Below are positions 16,178-25,716 of a stretch of DNA of 32,000 nt, piece by piece. Every line of letters starts with the position of its first letter. The first letter of the stretch is position 1. The position numbers and the translations under genes were made by a program. The stretch lies in NCBI RefSeq assembly GCF_000237865.1, contig NC_017459.1, positions 1,440,001 through 1,472,000 of the forward strand, read 5' to 3'. The DNA comes from Haloquadratum walsbyi C23 (GTDB taxonomy: Archaea; Halobacteriota; Halobacteria; Halobacteriales; Haloferacaceae). The notes under the pieces are model-generated. The model made no database searches. It worked only from the letters and a program-made list of their open reading frames with translations, and was not told the origin of the DNA.

Positions 16178-17953
16178 ATGACGACAAAGAAAGAACAGTG
16201 GAAGGATGAGATGTACGGTGACGAGATACGAGAGAAGATTCTTGAGTTTGCCGAGTCCGGATGGGACTCGATCCCAGAGGATGACCGCGAAATGTGGTTT
16301 TCCCGATTTAAATTCTGGGGTGTCTTCCACCAGCGGTCTGGGCAGGAGAGTTACTTTATGATGCGATTGGCGAACACCAACGGCGTCCTGAACGCCGAAC
16401 AACTCCGCGTCATTGGAGAGGTCGCCGGAGAGTACGCTATCGGTCCAGTCTCAAACCCAGAGTTTGGCGATGCGTGGATTGACTTCACTACCCGACAATC
16501 GATACAACTTCATTGGCTCAATCTTGAGGATGTGCCAGAAATCTGGGAAAAAATTGAATCCGTCGGATTATCATCTCGGTCGTCTGGAGGCGACACAATG
16601 CGTAATATCTCTGGGTGTCCGGTTGCTGGGCGAGACAAACATGAGTTCGTCGACGCACAACCGGTACTTGATGAGATATCTACGAAACTTCGCGCTGACG
16701 ATGACCTTGCAAACATGCCTCGAAAGTTCAACATCAGTGTGACCGGTTGTCGTGAGGGATGTGCGCAGGACTCGATTAACGGCATCGGACTTGAACCCGC
16801 AGAAAAGACGATTGACGGCGATACAACATGGGGATTCAACGTCCGCGTTGGCGGCGGTCTCGGCGGTCGTGAGCCACGCAAAGCACGGAGTCTTGATATC
16901 TTTGTCACGCCCGACAACGCATATGATGTTGTCAGAGGATTTGTCGAACTGTACTTTGAGACCGGAGATAGAGAAAACAGACAAAAAAACCGAAGTCGCT
17001 TTTTTGTTGATGATTGGGGGACGGAAAAGATCCGTGACCAACTCCAAGAGTCATACGTTGACTTTGATCTCCGGCGCGAAGGAGCGGATTGTCGCGATGA
17101 ATATACGTATAATGCCGGTAAGTCACCAAAAGACGGCAAACATGATCACATCGGCGTTCATGAGCAAACGGACGGCACCTACTACGTCGGTCTCTCGGTG
17201 CCAATTGGGCGGCTCACTGCTGGTGAGACCGTCCGACTTGCCAATCTAGCGGAGATACACGGGTCTGGAGCAATGCGACTCACGCGACGACAAAACCCGC
17301 TGATCTTAGATGTCCCCGAGTCAGAACTCGACGCGCTCTTGACGTCTGATTTGCTTGAGACTCACAGTCCCGAACCAAATGTGTTCACGCGAGGTGCAAT
17401 GGCGTGCACAGGCACGGAGTTCTGCTCGCTTGCGCTGACGGAGACGAAAGCTAGAATGGCAACGCTGCTCCGATGGCTGCGGTCGAATGTGGACCTACCA
17501 GATGACATCGAACAGATCAAAATTCATTATTCCGGTTGTACGGCTGACTGTGGTCATGCAACGACTGCCGACATCGGATTTCAGGGAATGCGAGCGCGGA
17601 AAGACGGGGAAATGGTTGAGGCGATTGATGTTGGCGTTGGCGGCGGCATCGGTCCTGACCCCTCTTTCGTCGAGTGGATCAGACAGCGTGTGCCGGCAGA
17701 CGAGGTTCCTGGACTCTTGCGGAACCTTCTTGAAACGTTCGCAGCACACCGCGAAAAGGGACAAACGTTTAGACAATGGGTTGAGGCGACCCAGGAGGAG
17801 GTGCTTATCGAAGCCGCCGAGCCGGAAGAAACCGATTACGAGGACCCGTGTCTCCACGACGCAAAAGGATCATGGTACCCGTTTGCAGATAGTGAGGGAC
17901 CTGCTCCAACTGCCCCCGACGACACGTCACTAGCGACTGAAAGCGATGACTGA
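16178..17953 (+). CDS. nirA: ferredoxin-dependent assimilatory nitrite reductase (siroheme/4Fe-4S)
   Basis: The 591-aa ORF has the nitrite/sulfite reductase cysteine cluster C-X5-C (ACTGTEFCS) ... C-X3-C (SGCTADCG). Its two-repeat NIR/SIR architecture fits by length. It is divergent from nasA copy 1 and upstream of nasA copy 2. Confidence 0.9.
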   Translation: MTTKKEQWKDEMYGDEIREKILEFAESGWDSIPEDDREMWFSRFKFWGVFHQRSGQESYFMMRLANTNGVLNAEQLRVIGEVAGEYAIGPVSNPEFGDAWIDFTTRQSIQLHWLNLEDVPEIWEKIESVGLSSRSSGGDTMRNISGCPVAGRDKHEFVDAQPVLDEISTKLRADDDLANMPRKFNISVTGCREGCAQDSINGIGLEPAEKTIDGDTTWGFNVRVGGGLGGREPRKARSLDIFVTPDNAYDVVRGFVELYFETGDRENRQKNRSRFFVDDWGTEKIRDQLQESYVDFDLRREGADCRDEYTYNAGKSPKDGKHDHIGVHEQTDGTYYVGLSVPIGRLTAGETVRLANLAEIHGSGAMRLTRRQNPLILDVPESELDALLTSDLLETHSPEPNVFTRGAMACTGTEFCSLALTETKARMATLLRWLRSNVDLPDDIEQIKIHYSGCTADCGHATTADIGFQGMRARKDGEMVEAIDVGVGGGIGPDPSFVEWIRQRVPADEVPGLLRNLLETFAAHREKGQTFRQWVEATQEEVLIEAAEPEETDYEDPCLHDAKGSWYPFADSEGPAPTAPDDTSLATESDD

Positions 17954-18071
17954 TACGCATACCGAAACAACACAAGACGACACTGAATTGAGGTCGGAAA
18001 CCATACCAGTGGCATCGATGGATGTTGCCCCAGAGTTGTTCGTATCGGAGGTGTCGGGTAGTAATCAGACA

Positions 18072-18076
18072 GGAGG
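18072..18076 (+). promoter_or_regulatory. Shine-Dalgarno-like GGAGG 9 nt upstream of the GTG start of nasA copy 2
   Basis: The sequence is cAGGAGGcagtagccgGTG. This is consistent with an internal operon gene co-transcribed with nirA across a 132-nt gap. Confidence 0.4.
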
Positions 18077-18085
18077 CAGTAGCCG

Positions 18086-20209
18086 GTGAACGACTTTGTC
18101 CCAACCACCTGTATGCGGTGTGCGGTCGGATGCGGACATCTTACAGAGATGACTGACTCGGGCTACGGAATCGACGGTGTTCGAGGCGACGTCGCGCACC
18201 CAGTCAGCCAAGGACTTGCGTGTGCCCGCGGCATCGAAGAAACAGGAAACGCAGATGGCGAACGGCTATCAAAACCGCATGTCCGGCGTGACGGCGAGTT
18301 ACACCGCACCACGTGGGATGTAGCGCTCAGCCGGGTTATTGATGAGTTCCGTGATATCCTCACTCATGACCACAATGGAGTTGCGGTCCTTGGGAGCGGG
18401 CAGCAGACGAATGAGGCGGCTTATGCGCTGGGAAAACTTGCCCGCGGCGGATTTGGAACACGATACTACGATGCGAACACGACGCTGTGCATGGCGAGTG
18501 CTGTGACCGCGTATTATGACGCGTTCGGGAGCGATGCACCACCGTGTACATACGACGACATCGAAGCTGCGAAAACACACGTCATTTGGGGCGCAAACCC
18601 AGCTATTGCCCACCCTGTTATGTTTCGCTGGATCGTTGACAGCGCGTCTGCAAGCGATAGCCGACTCCTTGTTATCGACCCTATTGAAACACAGACCGCA
18701 GCACGTAGCGACCGTCATATCGCACCCGAACCCGGAACTGATCTCGCACTCGCTCGTGCTATCCTTGCGCGAATCATCGAAGGGGGAAATACCGACGACA
18801 AATTTATTGATCGGGCAACAACCGGGTTTGAGGCGACTCGATCATCACTTCCGGACCCCGGCGACGCTGCAGCGACCGCTGGTGTCTCTATGTCAACTGT
18901 CGACACGCTCGCTGACGCACTTGAAGACACCACACTCGTATATTGGGGAATGGGAGTCAATCAAAGCGCTCAGGGAAGCAAAACGGCTGGTTCGCTGATC
19001 GACTTATGTCTTGCAACTGGTAACCTCGGACCAGGAAGCGGTCCGTTCTCGTTGACCGGACAGGCGAATTCAATGGGGACGCGCGTATGTTCATCCAAGG
19101 GCTCGTGGCCAGGCATGCGTTCATTTACAGACCCTATCGAACGTCGAGCGATTGCCGAGGCGTGGGACGTGCCTGTCAAGCGACTGCCGGAGGACTCCGG
19201 TCCGGGACCGGTCGATATCGTTGAGGCGATTGATGATGGACCGGTTGAGGCTCTCTGGACCGTTGCCACAAATCCAGCCGCAGGGCTCCCAGATGCATCG
19301 ACAGTTCGAGACCGTCTTGAAGATGCGTTCCTCGTCGTTCAGGACGCGTTCCACACCGACACAACCGAGTTGGCAGACGTGATTTTGCCAGCTGCAACAT
19401 GGGTTGAGACCAATGGGACGGCAATCAATATGGAACGGCGGATCTCGCGTATCCAGCCCGCGTCGGATCTAACATCCAATGTGCGAACTGACCTTGATAT
19501 CATCACGACCATCGGTAAGAAACTCACGCCTGGACTGTTTCCTGAAACAGAGCCCGCGATGTTGTTCAACGAACTCGCCTCACTCACCGCAGGCACGGCT
19601 GCTGACCTCTCAGGTATTTCATACAATCGACTCAAAGACGAGCGAGCAGTCCGATGGCCAGCACCATCTGCTACTGCCGAGGGCGGATATCGCTACTACG
19701 ATGACGGTGAGTGGTCATTCCAGACACTGTCCGGGCGGGCTCAATTTTCCACTGGGATGCACAGCGAGGTACCAGAACCAACTGATGAGTCGTATCCGCT
19801 CACCCTGACGACCGGTCGCACAATCGACGAATATAATACCGGTATCCGGTCACGGGGCACAGGATCGGACCACACAGACACGGTAGTCGCCCGGGTCGCT
19901 CCAGACACGATTTTAAATCTGAAAACCGATGCCGACAACGAAAACGATGTTATTGAAGTCGATTCAATCGCTTTTGTCTCGTCTCGTCGCGCGTCGGTCC
20001 CTGTGCGAGTGACCAGTGACGAGGCTGTCCCCCTGGGGATGGTTTGGCTCCCGATTCATCATCCGGCAACGAACGAACTGACCGTGGCGGCGACCGACCC
20101 CCGTTCAGACGAACCGAATTATAAACAGTGTGCGGTCGCACTCGAACCGGCACCCAACGCAATCACCGCCGAAGAGACAGCCCGGACGAAATCAACCGCC
20201 GACGATTAA
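18086..20209 (+). CDS. nasA: assimilatory nitrate reductase-like molybdopterin oxidoreductase, copy 2
   Basis: The 707-aa ORF (GTG start) is colinear with copy 1 along its whole length, with many identical blocks: TTCMRCAVGCG, VAVLGSGQQTNEAAYALGK, YYDANTTLCMASAV, GPGSGPFSLTGQANSMG, ERAVRWPAPSA, YPLTLTTGR, MVWLPIH. There is no Tat signal. Confidence 0.9.
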   Translation: MNDFVPTTCMRCAVGCGHLTEMTDSGYGIDGVRGDVAHPVSQGLACARGIEETGNADGERLSKPHVRRDGELHRTTWDVALSRVIDEFRDILTHDHNGVAVLGSGQQTNEAAYALGKLARGGFGTRYYDANTTLCMASAVTAYYDAFGSDAPPCTYDDIEAAKTHVIWGANPAIAHPVMFRWIVDSASASDSRLLVIDPIETQTAARSDRHIAPEPGTDLALARAILARIIEGGNTDDKFIDRATTGFEATRSSLPDPGDAAATAGVSMSTVDTLADALEDTTLVYWGMGVNQSAQGSKTAGSLIDLCLATGNLGPGSGPFSLTGQANSMGTRVCSSKGSWPGMRSFTDPIERRAIAEAWDVPVKRLPEDSGPGPVDIVEAIDDGPVEALWTVATNPAAGLPDASTVRDRLEDAFLVVQDAFHTDTTELADVILPAATWVETNGTAINMERRISRIQPASDLTSNVRTDLDIITTIGKKLTPGLFPETEPAMLFNELASLTAGTAADLSGISYNRLKDERAVRWPAPSATAEGGYRYYDDGEWSFQTLSGRAQFSTGMHSEVPEPTDESYPLTLTTGRTIDEYNTGIRSRGTGSDHTDTVVARVAPDTILNLKTDADNENDVIEVDSIAFVSSRRASVPVRVTSDEAVPLGMVWLPIHHPATNELTVAATDPRSDEPNYKQCAVALEPAPNAITAEETARTKSTADD

Positions 20210-20230
20210 AGATAATATGATACACGACAC

Positions 20231-20512
20231 ATGTCAAATCGAATTCTATCAGTAAACGCATATACAACGCTTGATCTTGTTTCCGCTCGACTCGAGACTC
20301 ACGATGATTCACTTTCACTTGATGGTGTTCTCAATGTAGCGACAGAGGACGAGTGTCCGGACCGCGTTATCCTCGGTATTGAACTGGACACAGTCGGCGT
20401 TGATGCGGTCCCAGCCCATGCAGACCGTATTGAATTGACCCCCGACCAGGCAGAAGCAGTAGCAGAGAGTCTGCAAGACTACGCTGACGATGTTCGATCA
20501 GCGTCTCACTGA
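20231..20512 (+). CDS. small acidic hypothetical protein (93 aa) trailing nasA copy 2
   Basis: The ATG lies 21 nt after the nasA2 stop on the same strand. The composition is strongly acidic and haloarchaeal-like (..DDSLSLDGVLNVATEDECPDRVILGIELD..). No motif was recognised. Confidence 0.55.
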   Translation: MSNRILSVNAYTTLDLVSARLETHDDSLSLDGVLNVATEDECPDRVILGIELDTVGVDAVPAHADRIELTPDQAEAVAESLQDYADDVRSASH

Positions 20513-20843
20513 GATATATTCACTCTTTGAACTCACTGACGGCTGGAGTACATGTCCATGCCGACGGACGACTAACGCGCTCGGTGAGGCTGATACCAGG
20601 GCAGTAACAGGGTCCGCAGCTAATAAATATGAAGATAATCGCTGTGCAGTCAGATATCTCCGAAATGTGAGTGAAGTTATTGTCGAAGACAACTCAAAAG
20701 TCACCATACAAGAACATTTGATATGGTCTGATCAATCCAACAGCAAAACGCCAGGCGCTGATGGAGTAGTCGCTCCTCCACTACACCCCTCGTTGTGAAG
20801 GTCTCAGTATCACTTACTCCACTCGTTACTTGATGATGACAGT

Positions 20844-20900
<57 letters not shown>

Positions 20901-21252
20901 TATATTATCCACCACGCTCATACTCAGCACACATTCAGTTGATGAGTTGATCAAGGGTGGAGCATCACCTCGTTTCACAGTAATCATACTGATACTGTGG
21001 CTACTGTTTTTTTATTCGAAACCACACTCAGTAGCATCAAGTTGAATTGAACGTTTGTCTGCACGTCCCATTCCGAATAACAGAACGCACAGTGCCACCA
21101 ACTGGTAATTGGATGATATGAATTGCTGTCTGCACAGAGCGTTCCATGCCGGCTCTCGGCATCGTCAATAACGAGCTCCATTTCGAGAGTGACAGTACTC
21201 TCATCATGCGATGGTGAGTCACAATTATCATTATCCGGGCGGTCAGAACCCT

Positions 21253-21975
21253 TCAGCCGAAACGTATCTCAAGATCGTCTGTCTGGGGATCTAAGCTCCC
21301 TATCCACGCCCGAATGGCTCCCATTGGCACGAGATATAACAACAACACAAGCCGTGAGGTAACGTCAACATTCATTACGATCGCGGCACCTACGACCACA
21401 AAGGTGACCGGAACGAACACATAAAAAAGCATAAACAGTAACTCGGCAACTGGGGCAAACGCAAACTGCACCGCGTCCAGCGGTGACTTATTTTGATACG
21501 ATTGATCAATAATAAAGTATTGCCAGACTCGCCGCAACTGAAACAGAATAATACCGGCGATCGCAACTCCAATTGAGAGGGGAACTCCTGAAGCAAAATA
21601 AGGGCTAGAAAACACAATGTTACGAAATCCTCCAATGAAGACTCCGATGAAGACCACGGTGAAGACAGCCTTGTGCCCAACAAATTTGACATTTCGCCAG
21701 TAGATTGGCGGGAGCTGGGAAACCGGCTGAAGTGGGGTGGGCTTCGTGTTCCACACATCTCCATCACGGTCATCCACTGATTGTGGCGTAAACAATGCGA
21801 CAGAGAGAAAAACAAAGTTGATAATTACTACCTCGATGACATACACCACAGCAATTTCAATGAGACTCCACTCAAACACAATCACTCCAAGAATGAGTGC
21901 AGCATTGAGGATGAGTCCAGACACAAATCCATGGGAGTCTCTCAACGCTTCAAGAACCGGGTCAGCAACCGACAT
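21253..21975 (-). CDS. polytopic membrane protein of unknown function (paralogue of 23982..24689; possibly DUF6498-like)
   Basis: The 240-aa ORF has about 6 hydrophobic segments. Its N-terminal block ILNAALILGVIVFEWSLIEIAVVYVIEVVII aligns with VANGAPIIGILGFQTSTAAILLFYWLELGVL of the other gene. The family name is from memory only. Confidence 0.7.
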   Translation of the reverse strand: MSVADPVLEALRDSHGFVSGLILNAALILGVIVFEWSLIEIAVVYVIEVVIINFVFLSVALFTPQSVDDRDGDVWNTKPTPLQPVSQLPPIYWRNVKFVGHKAVFTVVFIGVFIGGFRNIVFSSPYFASGVPLSIGVAIAGIILFQLRRVWQYFIIDQSYQNKSPLDAVQFAFAPVAELLFMLFYVFVPVTFVVVGAAIVMNVDVTSRLVLLLYLVPMGAIRAWIGSLDPQTDDLEIRFG

Positions 21976-22506
21976 CGACTCCTCTCCGCTCTGTTCTCTT
22001 AATTATCCACCCAGTCACTATGCAATCGGTTTTAGTGCTCTATTGAATCTTGAATCTTTAGATAAGGTCATGATGAATCCCTGTGGCTTGGATGTGATCC
22101 CAAGGCGATTCACACAGAGACTCACCCAACACAGCGGTCGGTGAAACCCGCATGTTGACTATCACTAATTATCCTATGGTTGGAATGAGTTTTATTAGGT
22201 AACTATCGTACGCGCTTCCTCCCCACCCTATTCACTGCCTCTGCTGAGGGCAGGGATTCCGCGCTAGCGATTGGTGAAAGTCAGATTAAAATCCACAGAA
22301 CTCCAAATCAAGAGTAAACACTCAGAGTGTCCATATGATCACATTCATGCCCTGTACATTTTCAATGCCATCGAAAACGGTCACGAATCACTGGCGTCAA
22401 AGACAGGACGCAGAGTGAGATCGACACGCCAATCAGTGTTTTTCAGACGGAGCACTCGGTCAAAAAAGAAATCGAATCCAATTCAGTTATCCACAAAGCC
22501 CCAAGA

Positions 22507-23592
22507 ATGAACCATACCCAATCCAGCGTTGATATTAAGCGGATAACTGAGTCTGCTGAAGCAAAGAAGTATGATGAGCAAATCCCAGAGATATACAAGG
22601 CTGCTTGGAACAGTTATGAGGGGTATCACATATGTTATGCTTCAGAAGAGAGACTACACGAGGACTTTATTCATACATTCGTTGCGAGTGCAGGTAACAG
22701 TGCTTACATTGCTGAAAAAGATAAACGTGCCATCGGCGTTGCACTTCTCTCCAGAAAGCACGCTGAACCACCCTGGTATAAAGCGAAAGGACTCTCGATA
22801 CGACCAGCGTATCAAGGAGAAGGAATCGGTATTTCATTACGTGAAAAAAGTCTCAGAGATATTAGAGCACAAGATCACAATGACTGGTCGATAGGCACAG
22901 GGACAAACTATGTCTCGACTGGCTCACAGTACATCTGGGGTGAGAAGTTGGGTCTTCGACCAACAGCTCTCGTACCGCAAATATACAACGTGACGTCCGA
23001 TTCTTCCACGACTCAGGGTAGAAACATTGCAACTGGTGAGATACTCATGATGGACAGCACACAGATAGAAGTCGTCGGAGACAAGCGAATGCAACGCGCA
23101 CTTGAGACCCTCGAACTTACAGTGAGCGCCACTGATAAAATGTCATCACTTACTGGAACGGAAGTGACCGTTCAGATAGATATTGACTCAAATAATGGAA
23201 GAGCCGATATTTATCCATATTCAGCATGCTCACGAGATAAACCAGGAAATCATACGGAGTTGAATCATATCTATCGGATACCTGCAAATGAATTTACACT
23301 AAAGACGATTAGAGAAAAAGCGGGAATCAAAAGCGAATACACCGCGGTATTCTATCTTCAAAACGACGACACAGAGATGCACGCTTTGATGGAGAAAAAT
23401 AATATCGGGATGCCAGCAGGAGTGTTCGATAAGACGGTCATATATGTTCAATATCCAGATGATAGAGATCTTCCGACGGTGGAGATTGGAAAGGCTAATA
23501 CGCCCTCAATTCAGCACAAAGATGCCACCATACACACAATCTTCACGCAGATAGCCGACCTGCATCGTCTTTGGATGGAGGAATATAGCTAA
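22507..23592 (+). CDS. GNAT-family N-acetyltransferase domain fused to a ~200-aa uncharacterised C-terminal region
   Basis: The 361-aa ORF has a GNAT motif A, Q-x-x-G-x-G (YQGEGIG, nt ~22813-22830). It is preceded by a beta-strand-like GLSIRPA and an upstream AYIAEKDKRAIGVALL. The C-terminal half matches nothing I recognise. The gene is AT-rich, and its product is not as acidic as its neighbours. Confidence 0.75.
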   Translation: MNHTQSSVDIKRITESAEAKKYDEQIPEIYKAAWNSYEGYHICYASEERLHEDFIHTFVASAGNSAYIAEKDKRAIGVALLSRKHAEPPWYKAKGLSIRPAYQGEGIGISLREKSLRDIRAQDHNDWSIGTGTNYVSTGSQYIWGEKLGLRPTALVPQIYNVTSDSSTTQGRNIATGEILMMDSTQIEVVGDKRMQRALETLELTVSATDKMSSLTGTEVTVQIDIDSNNGRADIYPYSACSRDKPGNHTELNHIYRIPANEFTLKTIREKAGIKSEYTAVFYLQNDDTEMHALMEKNNIGMPAGVFDKTVIYVQYPDDRDLPTVEIGKANTPSIQHKDATIHTIFTQIADLHRLWMEEYS

Positions 23593-23981
23593 TCTTCCCA
23601 GATGGTTTTAATATGCATACGACGGCTAGTTGATTATGATGTCATTCTTAAGTTCGATACACTGCTAGCGAAAAAATACAACGCAACAAGCTGTCGTCGT
23701 CAATGACTGACAGCTGATATCATCCGCCCTTATAAAAGCCAATTTATGAGGATTGTCACTTCATGATTGCACCATTTCAACACGCGAAATGCTACTATTA
23801 TTTTTATTAGTCGATTATTGAATATTATACTTGCTGAAGGGGACAATCGAAGCACCAGCGTTTGTCCACCGACATATGTCCGGTCCCTGACAACGATATG
23901 TCCAGTCAGTAAATCAGATTCGACGTATTGAATTGTTCAATATCTCGCCTTGACATACGACGGATCCATCGTCATATAAGC

Positions 23982-24689
23982 ATGAAACGGGTTTCTTTGT
24001 CATATCTGCTATCCCCCGATATCAGACTCATATCGGTGATTGTTGCCAATGGCGCACCAATCATTGGGATACTCGGATTTCAGACGTCGACCGCAGCAAT
24101 ACTACTGTTTTATTGGCTTGAACTTGGTGTGTTGGCAATATGGGCTCTCATCAGGGCTCTCTTCGCCGGCGAAGTTCCAGAGGTCAATACTGATCAGACA
24201 ATATTTTCTAAGTCGACTCTCAATAAGTACAGCAGATGGCGTGAGAATTATTTCCCGATTCCATGGACTAATATTAGCATCTATTATGGGACAATTCCGG
24301 CAGTTATATTTTTTGTCCCCTTACTCACCGCCGTATGGCTTGGATTTGGCGGGTTTGTCGCCGGACCAGTCGTCGACGCAACCGACACAACTGAGACGCC
24401 ACTGTGGGTAATCACCGGTGCTATCGCAGTATTCAGTTTCGAAGGCGGACAGACAATGATTGGGTATCTTTACACTGGCGGTTATCAGAACACGAATGCA
24501 TGGATGCCAGTCAAACAAGTATTTGTTCATGGTCTTGTATTGACTCTTGCTGGATTTTTCATTCTCATCTTTGCAAGGGAATTCGCAGAAGCCAGGACAG
24601 TCACTATCGAGACTGCAGCCAGTACAGCAATTGTTTCATCTGTTCTCCTCTGTAAATTTATTATTGATCTGATAGTATACTATCTTTAA
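23982..24689 (+). CDS. polytopic membrane protein of unknown function (paralogue of 21253..21975)
   Basis: The ORF is 23928..24689 (TTG); ATG 23982 (MKRVSLSYLL..) gives 235 aa, matching the paralogue's length. The hydrophobic segment pattern is similar. The motif YLYTGGYQNTNAWMPV compares with FIIDQSYQNKSPLDAV in the paralogue. Confidence 0.7.
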   Translation: MKRVSLSYLLSPDIRLISVIVANGAPIIGILGFQTSTAAILLFYWLELGVLAIWALIRALFAGEVPEVNTDQTIFSKSTLNKYSRWRENYFPIPWTNISIYYGTIPAVIFFVPLLTAVWLGFGGFVAGPVVDATDTTETPLWVITGAIAVFSFEGGQTMIGYLYTGGYQNTNAWMPVKQVFVHGLVLTLAGFFILIFAREFAEARTVTIETAASTAIVSSVLLCKFIIDLIVYYL

Positions 24690-24954
24690 TCAGCGAAAGA
24701 ATCCCGACGTTCACGCCGGGCGAAGATGTCACGACTGATACAAGCTCTTTGTCTGAGACACTCACAGTTATAGTGACAATATCGATGAACAAAAAATGAT
24801 AGCCGTCTTGAGCAAAAGAAAACGGTCGTTCGAAGAGTAACTAAGTTATCTAACGGCTGAGGTCAATCAATACGCGACGTGAGTATTGTATCTTATCCAA
24901 AATGAGAGATTATACTGCACTCTGTGATGTTGTCTAACTCGACAGAAATGGCAG

Positions 24955-24990
24955 GTAAAGTGCCTCGGGGCTTTGATATGACGCCAAGGC
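24955..24990. repeat. solo copy of the CCTCGGGG hairpin repeat, 4 nt downstream of the ZIP gene stop
   Basis: AAAGTGCCTCGGGGCTTTGATATGACGCCAAGGCAG: its reverse complement matches 4917-4965 (GTCACATCAAAGCCCCGAGGCACTCTGCC..) at roughly 80-85 percent over ~45 nt by eye. Confidence 0.6.
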
Positions 24991-24993
24991 AGT

Positions 24994-25716
24994 TTACCCG
25001 ATAATGTCGAGGAGGAATATCATGAGAAAGCCCACAAAGAATAGCGTCGTCGACACTGGCGTCTGTGGAACTTTACCAGCTTTTACCAACAGTTCTTCGG
25101 TGACAAGATATAACAACGCTGCCGCGCCGAAAGCGAGGACGACTGCAATCGTTGTCTCAGCTGCCCCCTCAAGCGTGAGCACACCGACGGTGACGCCAGT
25201 AGTCATCAACACTCCAAATGTCGCCGGTACAGCCATCTTCTGAACTTTTCCCATTCCCTCCGGCAGCGCGACAACGGCAGCCACCCCAAGGAACAGTACC
25301 TCAATCGCAAGCGCCAGGGCAATAATGACTCCCGTGGTTGTCTCCTCGATGAAGGTGACACCGATGAGCACGCCGTCAATGAACATATCGATAGCAATTG
25401 TAATAATGAGACCTGCGGCGCCCGCAAAACTACCGCCGATACCCTGTTTCTCGATAGCCTTGCTGAGTCGGTGGATGCCGAGCATCGCAATGACGCCGAC
25501 CGCAAATCCGACGATGACTACCGCAGGTGATTGATTATGGATATCCGGTAACAGTTCAGCCGCGACCGCAGCGAAGACCACACCAGCAGCCAAGTGTTGG
25601 ACGTTGCTTTCCATTTGGGGTCTGGGGGGCCGGTAGACAGCGATGACACCACCAACTAGCGCGGCAATAACAGCTAGGCTCGTATACGAGAGGGCTTGAA
25701 TCAGTGTTTCAACCAC
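24994..25716 (-). CDS. ZIP-family divalent metal transporter (ZupT/GufA-like)
   Basis: The 240-aa hydrophobic ORF has ZIP-like helices carrying conserved H/D/E residues (..LLPDIHNQS.., ..MFIDGVLIGVTF.., ..ALAIEVLFLGVA..). Confidence 0.8.
   Translation of the reverse strand: MVETLIQALSYTSLAVIAALVGGVIAVYRPPRPQMESNVQHLAAGVVFAAVAAELLPDIHNQSPAVVIVGFAVGVIAMLGIHRLSKAIEKQGIGGSFAGAAGLIITIAIDMFIDGVLIGVTFIEETTTGVIIALALAIEVLFLGVAAVVALPEGMGKVQKMAVPATFGVLMTTGVTVGVLTLEGAAETTIAVVLAFGAAALLYLVTEELLVKAGKVPQTPVSTTLFFVGFLMIFLLDIIG

Noticed and set aside
20984-21181. A 65-aa minus ORF downstream of the membrane gene with Cys/His residues (..HGTLCADSNSYHPITSWWHCAFCYSEWD..)
   Set aside because: It has only one CxxC knuckle and no clear second ligand pair. 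It has a hydrophobic, unusual tail, and a competing overlapping ORF (21037..21231). It is possibly a small zinc protein but is not supportable from sequence alone.
22271-22510. A 79-aa very basic ORF overlapping the GNAT start by ATGA
   Set aside because: It has no ATG start (only TTG/GTG). Its K/R/S-rich composition is atypical for this proteome, and no fold is recognisable. It is kept only as a remark under the GNAT finding.
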